Notes under the pieces: generated by a model
Databases searched by the model: none
What the model was told of the DNA's origin: nothing
What the model saw: the letters and a program-made list of their open reading frames with translations, nothing else
In this document: in pieces, positions 51,132-63,804 of the stretch
Layout of the letters: every line of letters starts with the position of its first letter
Numbering within the stretch: position 1 is the first letter of the stretch
Made by a program: the position numbers and the translations under genes
Assembly (NCBI RefSeq): GCF_001194135.2
Contig: NC_069003.1
Location: forward strand, 21,420,460 to 21,484,459
DNA length: 64,000 bases
Direction: 5' to 3'
Source of the DNA: Octopus bimaculoides
Lineage: Eukaryota

Positions 51132-51608
51132 CTAGGTGTAGGCCATAACCCAAAAGAAAATGGTGAAAATAAGGAACATTTAATATATACATACATGTGT
51201 ATGTGTGTGAAAATGAGCCCGTGTATGTGTGTGTATGTTAAAACTAGAGTGTTTACAAACTAAAGTGTTTTGTTAGTAGTGGTAGTAGAGTGTTTACATG
51301 TAAACACATGTTCTAAACTAAACACTTCCACAGACACACATTTCATACAGTTTCTATTTTTGTAGAAGCAGACAAATGGAAAGAAAAAAAAAATCACGCT
51401 TTCCTTCTCTACGCACAGCCAGAATGTAAATCCACAGGAATTCCTAATGCCATGTCCAAGATTCTGTCAGCATCACACATGGATTCACCAATGTTCCAGG
51501 CTTCCAACATAAACAATTAGATGGGCTGAGAAGGTCATGGCTACAGTGTGGTTTCCACATTTAACAACACACACACACACATATATACAGAAAAAAATGT
51601 AGCCAAGC

Positions 51609-51640
<32 letters not shown>

Positions 51641-52135
51641 AAAGTAAGACAGAGTATCTGTTGAATTCGATACCTTTTGCCATAATGTATGTGAAACACA
51701 GTGCTCAACTGACCTGCTAGAAATAGCAGTAGAGTTTGGATTAGATGTTGCATCTTTATTTTTTATTTCAGTCAGACTGTGGCCATGCTGGGGCAACACC
51801 TTTAAGACCTTTGATCAAATGAATCGACTATAGTGCCTATTTATTTTTTAAGCCTGGTATTTATTCTATTGGTCACTTATGGGGATTTAAACACACCAAT
51901 ACCAGTTGTCAAAAACTGGTGGTGATGGTGGTAAACAAACAGACACAAAGACACACACACACACGTAATATACAATGGTCTTCTTTCAGTTTCTGTCTGC
52001 CAAATCCTCTCACGAAGTTTCAGTCACCCCAAGGCTATTGTAGAAGTTACTTGCCCATGGTGCCACGCAGTGGGAGTGAACCCGGAACCATGTGGTTGGG
52101 AAGCAAGTTCTTTACCACATAGCCATGCCTGGAAA
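48690..52135. mobile_element. Dense cluster of SINE A (both strands) and SINE E copies
   Basis: A(-) ~48690-48795, A(+) ~48895-49150, A(+) ~49215-49745, A(-) ~49780-49940, E(+) ~50225-50430, A(-) ~50440-50785, A(-) ~51760-52130. Confidence 0.75.
50072..50152 (+). ncRNA. Degenerate hammerhead-like motif of a different family
   Basis: GGCU-CUGAUGA-A...GAAA-C-AGCU-G-UA-AGCU. 4-bp stem I, palindromic ACAGCUGU stem III, GUA site. Stem II base is imperfect. Confidence 0.45.
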
Positions 52136-52687
52136 ACAAATCGGGGTTGTATTTTTCTTTTTTTTTGCTTTTTTTAAAATTAAATTCCTGTTTCATAGAC
52201 TGAAAATTTCATTTTACAAATTTTCTTTCCACCACACTTCTGTAACCTTTTCCATTTTGATGAGAGATGTAAGGACTGCTCATCCCAAACTCAGCTGAAA
52301 TGGTGACCAAATCTTCCTCAAGTCACATGTTTCCATCTTAATAAAATAATCCCTGCCAAACAAATAGACATTATCTAATGCAGAATTAGATTTAATATTT
52401 CCCAAATAATATAACTAGGCAGGGATAGGCATTGCTGGAGTGGCTTTGATGGTAAGGTATGTTGGATCAGGGATGATCTGGGCATACAACAACAAGTAAT
52501 TCATTATTGCCATTGGACTGCATCAAATACCAGCAACATACTGGGGTTTATAATCCTGGCATGATATGAAACTATTATATGTATGCATGCAGCACAACAT
52601 GAAGGCAACTAGAGAGCCTTGGTACGCTGGCCTCTGGAAACTGGGATAGCATCTGATCTTGGAAACAAGACCAAAACTACACAGTAC

Positions 52688-52770
<83 letters not shown>

Positions 52771-53024
52771 CATACATACATATATACATACATGTACATA
52801 CATACACAATATAAACATACACATATATATACATACATNNNNNNNNNNNNNNNNNNNNNNNNNNNNNNNNNNNNNNNNNNNNNNNNNNNNNNNNNNNNNN
52901 NNNNNNNNNNNNNNNNNNNNNNNNNNNNNNNNNNNNNNNNNNNNNNNNNNNNNNNNNNNNNNNNNNNNNNNNNNNNNNNNNNNNNNNNNNNNNNNNNNNN
53001 NNNNNNNNNNNNNNNNNNNNNNNN

Positions 53025-53064
<40 letters not shown>

Positions 53065-53074
53065 TACAAACACA

Positions 53075-53630
53075 GGACCAGTCAGCTAGCACTGGCAGTG
53101 ACCATGCTCAAATGGTGCTTTTTACATGCCATTGACATAGGAGCCAGTCAGGCGGCACCGGCACAATCACGCTCGAATGGTGCTTTTACGTACCAGCAGC
53201 ACGGGACTAGTCAGGTGGCACTGGCATTGACTACAGCTATGATCTCACTTGTCTTGCCAAGGCTTCTCAAGCACAGCATATCTCCAAAGGTCTTGGTCAC
53301 TTGTTATCGCCTCTGTGAGGCCCAACATTCGAAGGTTACACTTCATTACCTCATTCCAGGTCTTCCTGGGTCTAGTTCTTCAACAGGTTCCCTCAACTGC
53401 TAGAGTGTGACACTTCTTCACACAGCTGTCCTCATCCATACGCAACACGTGACCATGCCAGTGCAGTCATCTCTCTCTTGCACACTACATCTGATGCTTC
53501 TTATGTCCAACTTTTCTCTCAGTGGTCTCAATCTCTGTTGTGTATGCACACTGATATTACACAGCCAGCGGAGCATACTAGCTGCATTCCTTGCTAGCTT
53601 ACGCATATGCTCAGCAGTCACTCACACACG
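53075..53630 (-). mobile_element. 3' end of an RTE LINE (ORF2 C-terminus plus 3' UTR repeats)
   Basis: MRKLARNAASMLRWLCNISVH...LREKLDIRSIRCSVQER, then GHVLRMDEDSCVKKCHTLAVEGTC..TRPRKTW and DQDLWRYAVLEK. Confidence 0.9.
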
Positions 53631-54400
53631 CCTTTCCGCATTTGATAGAAGAGAGAAAGAGAGAAACAAAGAGAAACAATCAATGTGGCTCTGCTATTTT
53701 TGTACCCATTCACCTGCTCTATACATAAGAAAAAAAAAAGAATAAAATAAATGTATTCTGAATACGAAAAACAAAAAAGAAAGACTAAAATATTTCCTCT
53801 TGTGAAAAGCCGACTTAGAAGCCATAACCAGGTCACAGACATTACACTCCCACTTCCTTCACAACCACTTTACCTTTGCAAAGGTACATAGCTTCATTAT
53901 ATATCTCTATATACACAGACACACACGCACACATGTATGTTGGTTACAAATTTTGGCACAAGACTAGCAACTTAGGGGGAAGTTGCTTACATAATTCCGG
54001 TGTTCAACTGGCACTTATGTTATTGACCCCACAAAAGGATTAAAGGCAAAGTTGACCTTGACGGAATTTTAACTTGGGCTGTAAAGATGGACAAAATGCT
54101 GCGGAGTATTTCATCCAGTCTGCTAATAATTCTGCCACCTCACCTCCTTTATAGATAATATATAGATATATGCATATATCCATATATATATATGTACATA
54201 CCTACATCTATGTGTATACATACATGGATATATGGGTAAGGACATCAAAAAAACATTGAACACAATGAGAAACGAAAACATAAAACAAACTTATTTCAAA
54301 CAACGAAAAAAACAAACAGAGAAACGAGACATGCAACATAAAGAGTATATCCCTTCGTCAGTTGTCCCTGTTCCATCTACTCTGCATTTTGAAGGCAAGG

Positions 54401-54438
<38 letters not shown>

Positions 54439-55286
54439 TTGATAGGAAGGACAACAAAAGAAAGAAAGAGACCTCGATATTATGCAAATAGAGGAATTTA
54501 TCTGTAAAAATATGTGTATGAATAAGTGTCACATATTTTTACAGATATATATNNNNNNNNNNNNNNNNNNNNNNNNNNNNNNNNNNNNNNNNNNNNNNNN
54601 NNNNNNNNNNNNNNNNNNNNNNNNNNNNNNNNNNNNNNNNNNNNNNNNNNNNNNNNNNNNNNNNNNNNNNNNNNNNNNNNNNNNNNNNNNNNNNNNNNNN
54701 NNNNNNNNNNNNNNNNNNNNNNNNNNNNNNNNNNNNNNNNNNNNNNNNNNNNNNNNNNNNNNNNNNNNNNNNNNNNNNNNNNNNNNNNNNNNNNNNNNNN
54801 NNNNNNNNNNNNNNNNNNNNNNNNNNNNNNNNNNNNNNNNNNNNNNNNNNNNNNNNNNNNNNNNNNNNNNNNNNNNNNNNNNNNNNNNNNNNNNNNNNNN
54901 NNNNNNNNNNNNNNNNNNNNNNNNNNNNNNNNNNNNNNNNNNNNNNNNNNNNNNNNNNNNNNNNNNNNNNNNNNNNNNNNNNNNNNNNNNNNNNNNNNNN
55001 NNNNNNNNNNNNNNNNNNNNNNNNNNNNNNNNNNNNNNNNNNNNNNNNNNNNNNNNNNNNNNNNNNNNNNNNNNNNNNNNNNNNNNNNNNNNNNNNNNNN
55101 NNNNNNNNNNNNNNNNNNNNNNNNNNNNNNNNNNNNNNNNNNNNNNNNNNNNNNNNNNNNNNNNNNNNNNNNNNNNNNNNNNNNNNNNNNNNNNNNNNNN
55201 NNNNNNNNNNNNNNNNNNNNNNNNNNNNNNNNNNNNNNNNNNNNNNNNNNNNNNNNNNNNNNNNNNNNNNNNNNNNNNNNNACACA

Positions 55287-55324
<38 letters not shown>

Positions 55325-55914
55325 AAAGACAACAAGCTTCTTGCAGTTTCTGTTTACCAATTTCACTCACAAAGCATTGGTTGACCCGGGTCTATAGTAG
55401 AAGACTGTTGCCCAAAGTGCCACGCAGTGGGACTGAACCCAAAACTTTATGGTTGGTAAGCAAAGTTCTTAACCACACAACCATGCTTGCACTTACACAC
55501 ACACACACACACTCTCCCCCATCACTCTCTGCTTTCTTGTATTTTAACGTGCTGTGTGTTATTTATTGCTGAAATGAACTCTTGAACTTCAACATGGAAA
55601 CTATGTCATGGTCGTCAGACATAAACACTTCAGCAGCTGACGAAGATGGGAACTGACAATCTTGCACCTGAGCGTCTGATACTGTCAAATGCAGCTCACT
55701 GCAGTAGCAGCAGCAGCAGCAATGCTGATGAATGCAGAGAAATAATTGTCACCCTGTCATTATCACTTCCCAGCACTCACCTTCTCCTCACAGACAGTAA
55801 TACTGCACACACACACACATTTCTAGGTAAACAGAAGGGTACACCTAACACTTCAGTGCTAAGTGCGCATTAAACTACAGCAAGCAGAAATAATGGCCAC
55901 TTCTTGCATTAATA

Positions 55915-56283
55915 ATAATGGCTTCAAATTTTGGCACAAGGCCAGCAATTTCAGGGAAGGGTGCTAGTTGATTACACTGACCCCAGTTTTCAACTGATAC
56001 CTATTTTACTGACCTCCTGAAATTATGGAAGGCAAAGTTGACCCTGGTGGAATTTGAACTCGGAAACATAAAGACAGATGAAATACCACTAAGTATTTTG
56101 CCTGGCATGCTGACGATTCTGCCAGCGAAGAAGAAGAAGAAGAAGAAGAAGAAGAAGAAGAAGAAGAAGAAGAAGAAGAAGAAGAAGAAGAAGAAGAAGA
56201 AGAAGAAGAAGAAGAAGAAGAAGAAGAAGAAGAAGAAGAAGAAGAAGAAGAAGAAGAAGAAGAAGAAGAAGAAGAAGAAGAAG

Positions 56284-56318
<35 letters not shown>

Positions 56319-56901
56319 CCCTTTCTACTAAAGGCACAAGGCCTGAAATTTTGGTGAAGGGGTTAAGTCAATTACATTGACCCCAGTGTTCAACAGGTAT
56401 TTATTATATCAACCCCAAAAGATGAAAGGCAAAGTTAACCTCAGTGGAAATTGAACTCAAAATGTAAAGCCAGATGAAATACTGCTTAGCATTTTGCCTA
56501 GCATGCTAACAATTCTGCTAATAATAACAACAATGGCTCCAAATTTTGGCACAAGGCCAGCAATTTCAGGGGAGGGGATAAGTCAATTACATCACCCCAC
56601 CAGTGTTCAACTGGTATTTATTTTACTGACCCCCAAAAGGATAAAAGGCAAAGTTGACCTTGATGGAAATTGAACACAGAAAGTAAATGCTAACTAAAGG
56701 CACAAGGCCTGAAATTTGGGGGGAGGGAATTAGTCAATCACATTGACCCCAGTACTTGACTGGTGCTTAATTTATTGATCCTGAAAGGATGAAAGGCAAA
56801 GTCCATCTCGGCAGAATTTCAACTCAGAATGTAGTAAAGACGGGATGAAATGCTGCTAAGCATTTTGCCGGGAATTCTAATGATTCTGCCAGCTTGCTGC
56901 C

Positions 56902-56976
<75 letters not shown>

Positions 56977-57090
56977 GTTTAAAACTTTGGTTTCAGGACC
57001 AGCAGTTTTTGAGAGGAGCAGGGAATCAATTATACTGAGCCCTGTGCTCAATTGGTACTTATTTCATCAATCTTGAAAAGATGAAAGGCA
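55915..57090 (-). mobile_element. Head-to-tail array of five SINE B2 copies separated by trinucleotide repeats
   Basis: GCACAAGGCC/GGTTTCAGGACC...GAAAGGCAAA repeated at ~55920, 56320, 56535, 56695 and 56975; spacers are (GAA)n(CAA)n, AAT/AAC and (AAT)n. Confidence 0.85.
56127..56318 (+). repeat. (GAA)53 followed by (CAA)11
   Basis: Counted from the sequence: GAA 56127-56285, CAA 56286-56318. Confidence 0.95.
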
Positions 57091-57659
57091 AATATTCTAC
57101 TTGTCTTATGTTCAAACTGGCCAGATCTGGCCTCTTACACCTATCCTACAATATCATTTCAGAAATAAACAATCACACCATTGAAATCCTAAAACTAAGC
57201 AGTAATGCATGATAAATTGAAAAAAATGTGAATAAATAAGCATTGCAGGTGCAAGTGTGGTCGTGTGGTATGAAGCTTGCATCTCAACCACATGGTTCTG
57301 GGTTCAGTCCCACAGCATGGCACCTTGGACAAGTGTCTTCTACTATAAGCCTCAGATCAACCAAAGCCTTGTGACTAGATTTGGTAGATGGAAACTGAAA
57401 GAAGCTCGTCGTATATGTATATATTTATGTGTTTGTCTCTCCATCACTGCTTGACAACCGGTGTTGGTGTGTTTATGTCCCCATAACTTAGTAGTTCAGC
57501 AAAAGAGATTAATAAAATAAATACCAGGCTTAAAAAAAGTAAGTCCCGGGGGTGATTTGTTCAACTAAAACCCTTCAAGGTGATGCTCCAGCATGGCCAC
57601 AGTCAAATGACTGAAACAAGTAAAAGAATATTTGATAGAGTAATCTGAATGCTAAAGGG
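57091..57659. mobile_element. TTAA-MITE family B (left end lost) with a nested SINE A (57248-57628, + strand)
   Basis: The MITE body is split at AATAAGCATT|...|ATTTGATAGAG and ends AATGCTAAAGGG|TTAA. Confidence 0.75.
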
Positions 57660-59145
57660 TTAAAATATTTAAACCCATCTGATTTGTCTGGCTTTTGGAA
57701 ATAGAAAGGAAGTGTGTGTGTGGTGGGGACAGGGTAGAACAGGACAACTTTTCAATCCTAACAGCTACCCCTTCCCATGAGAAACAGACCAACAATCTCT
57801 ATCCATCCTTAGTTCACTGCATTTACAATGGTGAGAAGGTTAAGGGAATTGTTGTGCAACTCAGGTGTAACAAATATCAGGAAGGATTTTTGTCCTGAGG
57901 TGATGATAATGGCAATAGTGGTGGTAGTGGTAGTGATGGTGGTGGTGAAAGCAGTGGTAACGATGGTGATGATGTTGAATTGACAATTATTGCAAAAAAC
58001 AAAAACAAAAAAAAAACAAATCCATATATGGAAGTCAATTTGTGGTAACATTTTGTTTTTTGCAGATTTTTTTTTTCTTAATTCTTGTTTCATTGTTTAA
58101 TCTCCACTGCCACAACCATCACCACCATTTTTTCTAGATATATATTTTACATAATGAAGCAAAACCAATTATATTTCAACCAACCAAAAGCAAAACAAAA
58201 ACAAAGAAACTGAATTTAAATAAATTCCATTCTATTAACCTCTTCTTATGTTAAAAATCTGGTCGGTTATGCATAATTAATTTCAGTAATTATTCATAAA
58301 AAACTGTTTTCCTGGCCTTGCAATGTTATAGCTGTTGTTTATCTACTTTCTCCTTATTACCATAAATCTATTTCTATTTAGATACGATACAATATCCAAG
58401 TTGGAGTTTATTTTATTTTATTTTGGTAGAGTTGTTTAACTATTTTTTGTGGTGGCGGGGGAAAAAAGTTCTTGGATAGAAAAACAATAAATAATCTTTG
58501 AAAACTAGGAATTAAATGTTTATGGACTGAAGTTTTATAGTGCCGTGTGTGTGTATTGGAGGGGAGGGTTTACTGTTTGGGTTATAAAATAACACTTGAC
58601 TGTGTATGTGTATGTGTGTGTGTGCAGGTTGTGTAGTGTGTGATGATGTGTGAGAGTGAATGTGAGTGAATGAGCAAGTGTGAGTGAGTAGAGAGTATGA
58701 GTGAGGGAAGAGCAAGTGTGAGTGAGCAAGGGAATGAGCAAGTATGGGTAAAGGAATAAGTGAGTGTGAGTGAATTAATGAGTAAGAGTGGCAGAAAATG
58801 AGTGTGTAAGTAATGTGCATCCAGTGAAGGCATATAGTGTAATAGCTTGGGCATCTGGCTCAACAACCCTGACATCAGAGGTTCAAGTCTCACACTGGAC
58901 AAGCTGTTGTTTTCTTAAGCAAGACATTCATTTTCCATTGCTGTAGATCACAGTGGCAGAGGGAAGGGGCATAACCCCTGCAATAGGTTGGGGCCCAGTT
59001 AGAGAGAGTGAGAGAGAGAGCGAGAGAGGCACTTAGACACTTCAGAGACCAAGACACCCAGCCAAATGGACCTGCATAGCTCAGAACTGAATTTAATTGC
59101 ATGAGGATCCAGCAACACCACGCTATCGAATATGTCCTTGCCTAA

Positions 59146-59590
59146 GGCGGCGAGCTGGCAGAAACGTTAGCACACCAGGCAAAATGCCTAGTGGTATTTC
59201 GTCTGCTGTTACGTTCTGAGTTCAAATTCCACCGAGGTTGACTTTGCCTTTCATCCTTTCAGGGTCGATAAATTAAGTACCAGTTACACACTGGGGTCGA
59301 TATAATCGACTTAATCCATTTGTCCTTGTTTGTCCCCTCTGTGTGTAGCCCCTTGCAGGCAGTAAAGAAATAAGAAACGTTAGCACGCTGGGCGAAATGC
59401 CTAGCGATATTTTGTCTGCCATTATGTTCTGAGTTCAAATTCCACCAAGGTTGACTTTGCCTTTCATCCTTTGAGGGTCGATTAAATAAGTACCAGTTAA
59501 TCACTGGGGTCGATGTAATCGACTTAATCCCCTTGTCTGTCCTTGTTTGTCACCTCCATGTTTAGCCCTCTGTGGGCAATAAAGAAATAA
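59146..59590 (+). mobile_element. Tandem dimer of SINE B1 bounded by one TSD
   Basis: Full copy then a head-truncated copy; TATGTCCTTGC at 59131-59141 and 59595-59605. Confidence 0.88.
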
Positions 59591-60051
59591 AAATTATGTC
59601 CTTGCTTCTTTTTCTTATGAAAGCTGTAGTCTGTGGATTTTAAGGTAATTTAGTTGCTATTTCTAGCAGTGGCTGACTCCCTTGTTACCTAATACACTAA
59701 CAATACTTACAAATATATTTATCTTACAAGGTTTCAATCTCGAGTCAGTTTTGTCAGGTTTCTATCATATTAATGTCACGCTACTCTTCGGAGATAAAAC
59801 AGCTTATAACTAGTTAAACAGATTAAAGAATCTTTTGCAAGAGGGAAAAAAAAAAATTACTAGATATATTTGAATATAAAACAAACCACAAAAAATAGAT
59901 CTTTGAAATATTATTATTATCATCATAATCATCATCTTTAGGTATTATTATTACTATCATAATTATCATTACTACTACTACTACTACTACTACTACCATC
60001 TTTAGGTATCATCATCATCATCATTACTATTACTACTGCTGCTCCTCCAAC

Positions 60052-60083
<32 letters not shown>

Positions 60084-61840
60084 GTTATTTCCTTTAGGTT
60101 TTAAACAGTTTTATAGCTTTACTTTCGTGCTTCATTCTCTATTAATTATTTCATAATCTTATTTATAAATCATAGCCATCACTTATGATTAGCTCTTAGA
60201 CATGAAAGTGATTTGGATTCTAAGATCTAGCGTGCTTTGTGTAGTATAGCTGGTGGGTTATATTTTACACACACACACACACATATTGATATAAGAGAAG
60301 ATAGGTTTTGAGATGGAAAAATAGATTGTATAGTTTAATAAATGGATAGAAAGATGTTTGTGAGCTTGTTTTTACATCTATTTTTCCAAGCTAGAATGGG
60401 TGAGATGACTATATTATTGTTTTGGGGGTTTTTTTACAGCTGGGTGCCCTTCCTGTCACTAACCATTACATGTCTCTTAAGTGACAGCTCCCTTATTTCA
60501 GTTATGAAAGTGCAGTTTTGAAAGCAGAGAATTTATTGACAATGACAACACTGCTAGTAGCTTGCTACACTTGAACACAAATGTAAATGTACACACACAC
60601 ACAGGTAAACACACACACACACATAAATATATGACAGACTTCTTTCAGTTTCCATTTATCATACCCATCTACAAGGGTTTGAGAAGCCTGATGGCAGTTT
60701 CTCCATATCCGTAGGTCAAGAGAAAGAGCAGCAATGCCCTCATGTGGTTATGTAAACCAATCCTTGATGCTGCATGACTTTTCTTCCATCCTACATTTAA
60801 CTGTTTCAAAAGTGAGAGTCAGTCCACACAATCCGACCCCACTCTTAAGACTTGGCGGTCTGACCACAGTGGCTCAATGGGCCAAGATGTCTGCAATGAC
60901 CAGCAAGCTGTAGTTTTAAACCAGAGCAGCCTTCTCCTAGATGGATTGCATTACAGGACTGGAGAGCTCCATCTACTCAGGAGTTGCTTGAAAGGTGTTG
61001 AAGAGGGCACTTGATTGCCAGAGAGACTCCACTCCTAGGCAGGCCTAATGCTATAGGAGAAGACATTTGCTCAAGGTGCTGTCCACTGGGACTGAACCTG
61101 AATTGGATCTAAGCCAGAAACCACATGGATAGGAAGCAAACTCCTTAACCACACAGCCATGCCTACACCTATATAGTTTGAATTAAATATATTTTTTTTA
61201 TTGAAATCCTCAGGGTATGCAGGTATTTTGAAAACACCTCATGGAGTGATAACTGTCACCTGCATAGTTATGGGTTGCCCTTTGATAGGCATGGCACCCA
61301 TTCAGCCACCTTGCCAGGGATACAGTGAAATCATGGGACTGCAGCATGGCAGATTGTGAAGTGGTAGCAGAAGAGCTCAACTGAACCCACATTGCTTCTT
61401 ATAATGATGCTGAGAGAAGGACTCCTAGAAGATCAATGGTCAGGATCACCAAGCTCTATCAAGAGAGTAACTGCAATGCATCCATAAGGGTGGCATCCAT
61501 GGTTGTGTAATCAGCAAATGAAAGATCCACTATGACTCAAGCTCCCAATTCAAATTCATAACAATGAAATTGGATAGTGACAGAGAATCAAGGGAATCTG
61601 CAAAAGCAGCATGACTGAAGAAGCTTAAAATCTTGAAAAATTCCAAGAGAATGAACTCAATACAGTTAATCTGTTTTCCACTTGCCTTTTATTATTCATT
61701 AAAATCCTTTAATGCTTAATTAGAAAGGAAGGGTAACAATACTCATGAGGGTCCATGATACTAGCAGGAAACAGAGAGACAAGGCTCTCTTCAAACCAAA
61801 GACTTGATCCAAATGCTTCCATCTGAGTAAACATTGTTAA

Positions 61841-62075
61841 CCGTTTAGAATTCAGATTATTCTATCAAATATAATCTTATTTATTCACATTATTTTGAAT
61901 TGATCATACATTATCCAATTCATACATTATCTCATAGCTTTGAGATTTTAGTGGTGTGGGTGTTTATTTTTAAAATGGCATTGTAGGGTAGGTGCGAGAG
62001 GCCAGATTTGGCCAGTTTGTCAATAAAACAGGAAGAATATTTTGGTCAGACGTGGCTGGTTTAAATGCTAAAGGG
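61841..62075. mobile_element. TTAA-MITE family B
   Basis: TTAA|CCGTTTAG ... CTAAAGGG|TTAA. Confidence 0.8.
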
Positions 62076-62836
62076 TTAAAGGCATCCAAAAACCAGGTGG
62101 TGATGTTAAAATTCAAAGGTGGGTTAAGTCTCCCACCAAAGTGGACCATAGCAGGATTTGAACCAACAATGTAATAAGATGGAATAAATACTGCAAAGTA
62201 TTTGTTTGTCCTGATGCTCTAACAACTCTGCCAATTCACCTCGTCATCCAGATCGAGCCTTACATCATATCACCAAGGCTTCCTGCACTAACCACAATGA
62301 CCAATGCTTCTCCCTAGAAGGTGAAATTTTCTCCCAATCCATCTCCCCCAGCCATAGTTCCTTCCCCCAGAAAAAAAAAAACAAATCATTACTGAAACAA
62401 AGCAAGAGCAGAACCCCAAGGGAACACAAAATTAACCATACCTTCTTGTTATATAATCCAACCACAAAAGGTCAGATCAAGAATACTGCTTCCCCCAACC
62501 ATCCTTTTAGCATATTTGAAGGCACATGACCTAGTAGTTAGGGTATTGCACTGACAATGACAAGATCATGGTTTCAATTCCTGGACCAGGCAATAATGCA
62601 TTGTGCTTTTGAGCAAAATGCTCCATTTTACATTGCCCCAGCAGTTCCAGCAGTAGTTGGGAAATTAACCCTTCAAAAGACTGGCGTTCTGTTCAGGAGG
62701 AGGGACTGTTATAATCTCACTCACTTCTGAGCCAGGAAAACTGGGTTAATCTCGGGCCTTAGGACTCATGACAAACCTAAGTAATTCAAGGGGTATGTGT
62801 CGGTGTTGCTTTGGAATCAAATTGGAGAATGGTTAA

Positions 62837-63057
62837 CCCATTAGCATTTAAACTGACCATATCCAATGAAAAGATTGTACCTGTTCTATGTTCACACTGA
62901 CCAAATCCAGCCTTTTCAACCTACCCTACAATGTCATTCTAAAAATAAACCATCACATCATTGAAATCTCAAAGCTGCAAGATAATACATGATTAATTAA
63001 AAACTCTGAATAAATATGAATAAATATAATTGACAGAGTAATTAGAATACTAAAAGG
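62837..63057. mobile_element. TTAA-MITE family B
   Basis: TTAA|CCCATTAGCATT ... TACTAAAAGG|TTAA. Confidence 0.8.
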
Positions 63058-63804
63058 TTAAGGAATTTAGTGAGAGTAAATCAGAGAAAGTGGAGGGTTT
63101 TCTTTTTTTTTTTAGCCCCAGGTTTGGCTCTGGTTCCAAGCTGACCTCTGATCATCAAAGACATATAAACCACAACCATGCTCTTTCCACTCCCATCCCC
63201 ACCCAGCTTGGTATTATGTACCTGGAGTTTATAATACCTAATGAGCCTCGTTTTTGGAAGATGAAAGGGTGTGGCTTGAGGATGGATTCAAGCAAGTCAA
63301 ACAGGTATGCAGCAGTTCCTAAATTGGTTCAAAGAATGGTAAACTGGATGATGAAGATAGAGGAGAAAAGAGGAAGGGAAAAGAAGAAAAGAACAAAGTC
63401 TTGCAGCAAAGACGGGGGCAGATGTTAATAATAATAATAATAATAATAATAATGCTTTATTTACCCTTAAGGGTTCACAAAAAAGCATAGGGGAATGGTA
63501 CAGGACAATACAATGTGGGGGGTTACACAAATAGATAAGAAGATCTTGGCATTTAAATGCATAACAGAGATAAGATGAAAGCAGTTAGGTAGGTAGGTAT
63601 GATGAAGAACAACAACAAAAAGAATGATAAATGTAAAAAAATAATTTTTAAAATAGAGGTAAAAATGAAAAAAGGGAATGCAAGAAAAAAAAAATTGAAG
63701 AATTGGAAAATATGAGTCTGTAGCAAGCGAGACAAGACAAAATATATATATCTATATACATATATATAAAAATACATATATATATATATATATACATGTA
63801 TATA

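Noticed and set aside
1556-55572. Long ORFs in the track containing X runs or (IY)n, (HT)n, (CV)n, poly-I or poly-N
   Set aside because: They are products of N-gaps and di/trinucleotide microsatellites, with no domain content or splice logic.
56001-56337. Poly-Lys, poly-Phe and poly-Leu ORFs
   Set aside because: Translations of the (GAA)n(CAA)n tract inside a SINE array.
9098-62760. tRNA genes
   Set aside because: All A/B-box matches are heads of SINE families or of the 44.9-kb element; none forms a complete cloverleaf with acceptor stem.
63090-63428. 112-aa ORF as a host exon
   Set aside because: No domain similarity that I recognise. It abuts an (AAT)n-tailed retroposon-like end and is more likely decayed LINE sequence.
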